From an uncultured Thermoleophilia bacterium (GTDB taxonomy: Bacteria > Actinomycetota > Thermoleophilia > UBA2241), in contig CAVQSP010000014.1 in NCBI GenBank assembly GCA_963715985.1, forward strand, positions 352,001 to 416,000: DNA of 64,000 nucleotides, given 5' to 3'. A program made the position numbers and the translations under genes. Of this stretch, positions 60,849-64,000 are shown in pieces (the stretch's first letter is position 1; each line of letters begins with the position of its first letter). The notes beneath the pieces were generated by a model. It was given only the letters and a program-made list of their open reading frames with translations, ran no database searches and was not told where the DNA came from.

Positions 60849-61268
60849 GCTGGCCCATCCCCCGCGCGTGTCTGCACCCTGGCGGGTGCTTGGGCGATGC
60901 CGGGGGGAGGGTGCCCCCGCGCAGAGGAGTGGACCACTGTCGAGGCGATACACACATGCGCGGAGGCATGGCAACTATACCGCCTCGACGGCCACACATG
61001 CGCGGGGGAACGAAAGATGGTCTACCCCTCCACGGTACCGCCTCGACGACTCCCTTCTACACCACAACAGGAGCCGACGCAAGAGGACAGGACGTTACAG
61101 GGCCCGACACGGGGGCCGGGGGCCGTCCTCCATCCGTCCTCTCACCTAGCGCCGAAGGCCCCTGAAACGCGCCGACAGGGGCAGACGACGCGGCCGACCG
61201 CGCCACCACTTAGCCTCAAACGAGCAGTTTCGGCCGACAGGCGCCGACCGTGCCGCCGTGCGTGCCTG

Positions 61269-61310
61269 AATCTTCAGGTCGCAGGTTCGAATCCTGCCGG
61301 GCGCGCCATT
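61269..61310 (+). repeat. attR core (3' half of tRNA-Arg)
   Basis: 42/42 identity with 51825-51866. Confidence 0.95.
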
Positions 61311-62189
61311 CTCACTTGCGGACGCGCGCTGTGCGGACGCGCACCGCCCAGCCGCAAGCGCGGAGGCGCAGGCGCGAAGGACGAGGGGCCGGACATGAAC
61401 GCCCTCGTCATCGTCATCCTCCCGGGCCAGCGGAAGCGGTGGGTACAGATGAAGCGCACCAGCGCTTCCCAGCATGCGTGGCCGGAGTACGGGTTCGTCG
61501 GTCTCCCCCCCGCCTCGAACGTAGCTCACTGTTCAGGGAGAGTACGAGCCTCATGGCATCGCAAGGGTGCTGCCGTTTGTGCTGTGGTCCACCGGCGAGA
61601 GAGCGCCAGGGGCGGGCCACACGGGCCGGGGATCGATTGAGGCAGGAGAAAGCCGGTGAGACCTGTGGCCCAGAGGGGCGCAGCAGGGGGACCGGCTGAA
61701 GTCATGCTACCCCGACACGACCGTGCGCTGAACACGCACGATGCAGGTATCTGTCGCCAGGGGTGACGACGGGCCGGGGATTGCGCAGGGCTACAGCAGC
61801 AGGCTACACCGCGTCGCGGTCGGTAGGGAGGGTGACGATAGGGGCGACGGGGTGACAACGCAGAAACGCCCATGATCGCGAAGAAGCGTCTCCCGGCGGT
61901 ACTCAAAGGACTGCGCGGCCTGACGGAGTCCGAGGCACCGGATGCGTACAGCTACCGGCGCGCGAACAACCAGAGGACGGCCAGGACTGCGACGAGCACG
62001 AATGCGACCACGAGCATCCAACCGCGCCACGTGAGCGCGAACGCCACGAAGGCATCCATCGTGCCCCTTCCTCTGTGCCCTGCAGGCGTGGCAAGACTAT
62101 CACGGTGGGCCCTCTGAACCGCTCAGCCGCGGTTCTTGCGAGTGTCCATGACGCAGTGATGCTCATCTGAGTCGACGCTCGCCGCCGTG

Positions 62190-62415
62190 TGCCGCGTGCC
62201 GGCAGTCCGCCGGCAGCTACTCCCCAGCTTCCTCGAGCCGCGGCGGCGAAGCGAGCAGGCCTTGGTCGCGGTCACCGCCCAGACATTCTGTGAACGGCGT
62301 CTCGACGCGCAAGGTCGAGCGCCTCGTCGCCCGGCTCGGCATCGAGAGCATGGGCCGCAGCGCCGTCTCCCGCCTCTGCCGCCCTCTCTATGAGCAGGTG
62401 CAGACCCTCCAAGAG
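62190..62415 (+). pseudogene. IS256-family transposase fragment
   Basis: 'PSFLEPRRRSEQALVAV' and 'VNGVSTRKVERLV..LGI...SAVSRLC..L.EQV' across frameshifts. Confidence 0.85.
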
Positions 62416-63002
62416 CCTGGATGTGCAGCCCCGAGGAACCTCCCGGCGAAGAGGGCGTGGAACGTTCAGACGGTGGCGACGGGAACTGGGGAGGCCCTCC
62501 CGGGCCTGGCGGACTGTGGAGAGTCGCCGGAGCGCCGCGCCCCAGGGCGGCGAGGAGCCGGGAAGTGGGTGTTGAGCCGGGAGGGCGTTGAGGCGACCGT
62601 AGTACCGCTTGCAGCCGACGGGACAACAGAACCCGCGGCGAAGGGAAGGGCCGCTCCTTCGTCTGCGCGTCGCGTGGAGTGAATGGCCGGTGAGTGCCCT
62701 CGAGGCTAGCCCACCGAACAAGACAAGGTCCGAGAACTGCAACGATCGCTGTGCCGGGCGGCCAAGGCCGACCCGGGACGACGCTTCCATGCACCCTACG
62801 GCAAGGTCCACCGCAGGGTCACTGGACGCCCCGTCGCGCCACGACCGAGTCGGTCGTGGCGGGTCAAGCCGAATGCCGGCGGCAAGAGGAGTCGATGAGC
62901 CGTGTGAGGGAGAACCTCATGCACGGTTCGATGGGGGGCGGGAGGAGACCAGCGCCGGTGGGCTTGCGCCGTGCGGCGCCAGGCGCCTCTCGCCTACGCG
63001 AC
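62412..63002 (+). mobile_element. Group II intron remnant (5'-truncated, RT core deleted)
   Basis: Domain V GAGCCGTGTGAGGG-AGAA-CCTCATGCACGGTTC at 62897-62929; domain VI ending ...CCTACGCGAC; IEP N-terminal 'DKVRELQRSL.RAAKADPGRRFHA.Y.KV' joined to the IEP C-terminus. Confidence 0.85.
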
Positions 63003-63233
63003 CTTGACCGAAGTGGGAGTACATACCCATCGTGACTCTGCCCACCGTGAGGTGCGGGCAGTCGGCTCATTCTCTTCCAGCTCACGCCGGTCCTACCTCT
63101 CCACCACGAAGAGGTCGGCACCCCGGGCCCGTGCGACTACCACGCCGCAGCCGTGCGGTGCTCGCCTGGTAGCGCGGACTGTTGCGTCTGCTGCGGGTAG
63201 GCTGACGAAGGCACACATAGGGGGAGGTAGAAA

Positions 63234-64000
63234 GTGATGGGGAGTCCATTCAGCTCCCGGAGCGCGGCGCGCTTCTGGCACATCAGTGTGTTCGTCCTGA
63301 TCGTCGCCCTGCTGGCCTCAGGCGCGGCGCTGGCCGCTCCGGCCGCGCACGCTCTGGGCAGCATCGAGGGTACGGTCACGGCCGCGCCCGGCGGCACCGT
63401 TCCACTCGAGAACATCCTGGTCTACGCGTTCAATCCCGGCCAGGTGCCGGTGTCCGCTGTGCCCGACCTGTCGTATGCGGTCGCCTCGGACGGGACCGAC
63501 ACGAACGGCGAGTACAAGCTCGACGTCCCCGCCGGTGAGTACGCAGTGTGGTTCAGCGACGGCCTCATGCAGATCTCGGCAGTGCCGACGGTCAACGACT
63601 ACGTCGCTCAGTGGTTCTGAGGTTCCTCGCCTTTCGACTCCGGTCAGGGCCCGTGGGAGACGGTCAACGTCGTCGCCAACCAGAGGATCGCCGAGCAGAA
63701 TGACAGCCTCGCCCCGGCGAGCAACATCTCAGGTATGGTCTTCGCGGCGGGCGGCACCACCGGCCTCCTGGACATCGAAGTGTACCTGTACACTCGCGAC
63801 ATCGAGTGGTATTGGCCGGCGTGGGTCGAGGCCATCCAGGCCGGAGCCGGGCCAGGCCCTGCCGCCGTCACGGACAGCAGCGGCTCCTACACGCTTCCCC
63901 AGCTCAAGCCGACCAGGGGCGCAGCGGGTCCCGACGACTACTGGGTCTACTTCTACGATCCCAGCAAGCACCATGCGCCTCAGTGGCGCGACATGCAGCC
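63234..64000 (+). CDS. Paralog of the surface protein at 31625 (in-frame TGA at 63618; 3' partial)
   Basis: Shared 'ALGSIEGT', 'LENI.VYAF', 'YAVWFSDGLMQ...VPTVNDYVAQW'; past the TGA the same frame reads 'AAVTDS.GSY', 'YWVYFYDP'. Confidence 0.8.

Larger units (their letters stand above)
51825..61310. mobile_element. Integrated phage satellite (PICI-like island), ~9.4 kb
   Basis: att repeats, tyrosine integrase, divergent HTH switch, Xis, AAA replicase with ori, HK97-like capsid, HNH, TerS; no TerL, portal, tail or lysis genes seen. Confidence 0.85.

Noticed and set aside
61269-61310. A fourth tRNA gene
   Set aside because: Only the 3' half of tRNA-Arg is present; it is the attR duplication.
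61311-62180. Short ORFs between attR and the IS256 fragment
   Set aside because: No recognisable motifs or consistent codon bias; probably degraded accessory DNA.
1-64000. CRISPR array or diversity-generating retroelement
   Set aside because: No regularly spaced repeat-spacer array, cas gene, intact reverse transcriptase or adenine-variable TR/VR pair was seen.

Overview
High-GC bacterial chromosome segment, probably from a deep-branching anaerobic actinobacterium such as Thermoleophilia (inferred from Gram-positive LexA boxes, AddAB and gene content). Many single-base indels, even in housekeeping genes, look like assembly errors. In order, the window holds: an oxidative pentose-phosphate cluster (tal-pgi-gnd-zwf-pgl); a vapBC pair; RNase P RNA; addAB; a B12-dependent oxidative ornithine degradation cluster (ord-ortA-ortB-oraS-oraE, reactivase, orr) linked to a COG2403 arginine-synthetase-like gene and an ornithine carbamoyltransferase; three secreted proteins sharing an unannotated C-terminal domain; two PMT-type glycosyltransferases; satP; hutI-ftcd; a lexA operon; and tRNA-Pro, -Gly and -Arg. 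A ~9.4 kb phage satellite (PICI-like) is integrated at tRNA-Arg(TCT). It carries an integrase, a switch region, an AAA replicase with an iteron origin, a candidate structured ncRNA, an HK97-type capsid, HNH and TerS, but no TerL, portal or tail. After attR come IS256 and RT-deleted group II intron remnants and a paralog of the surface protein. All calls come from reading motifs by eye; no database searches were run.
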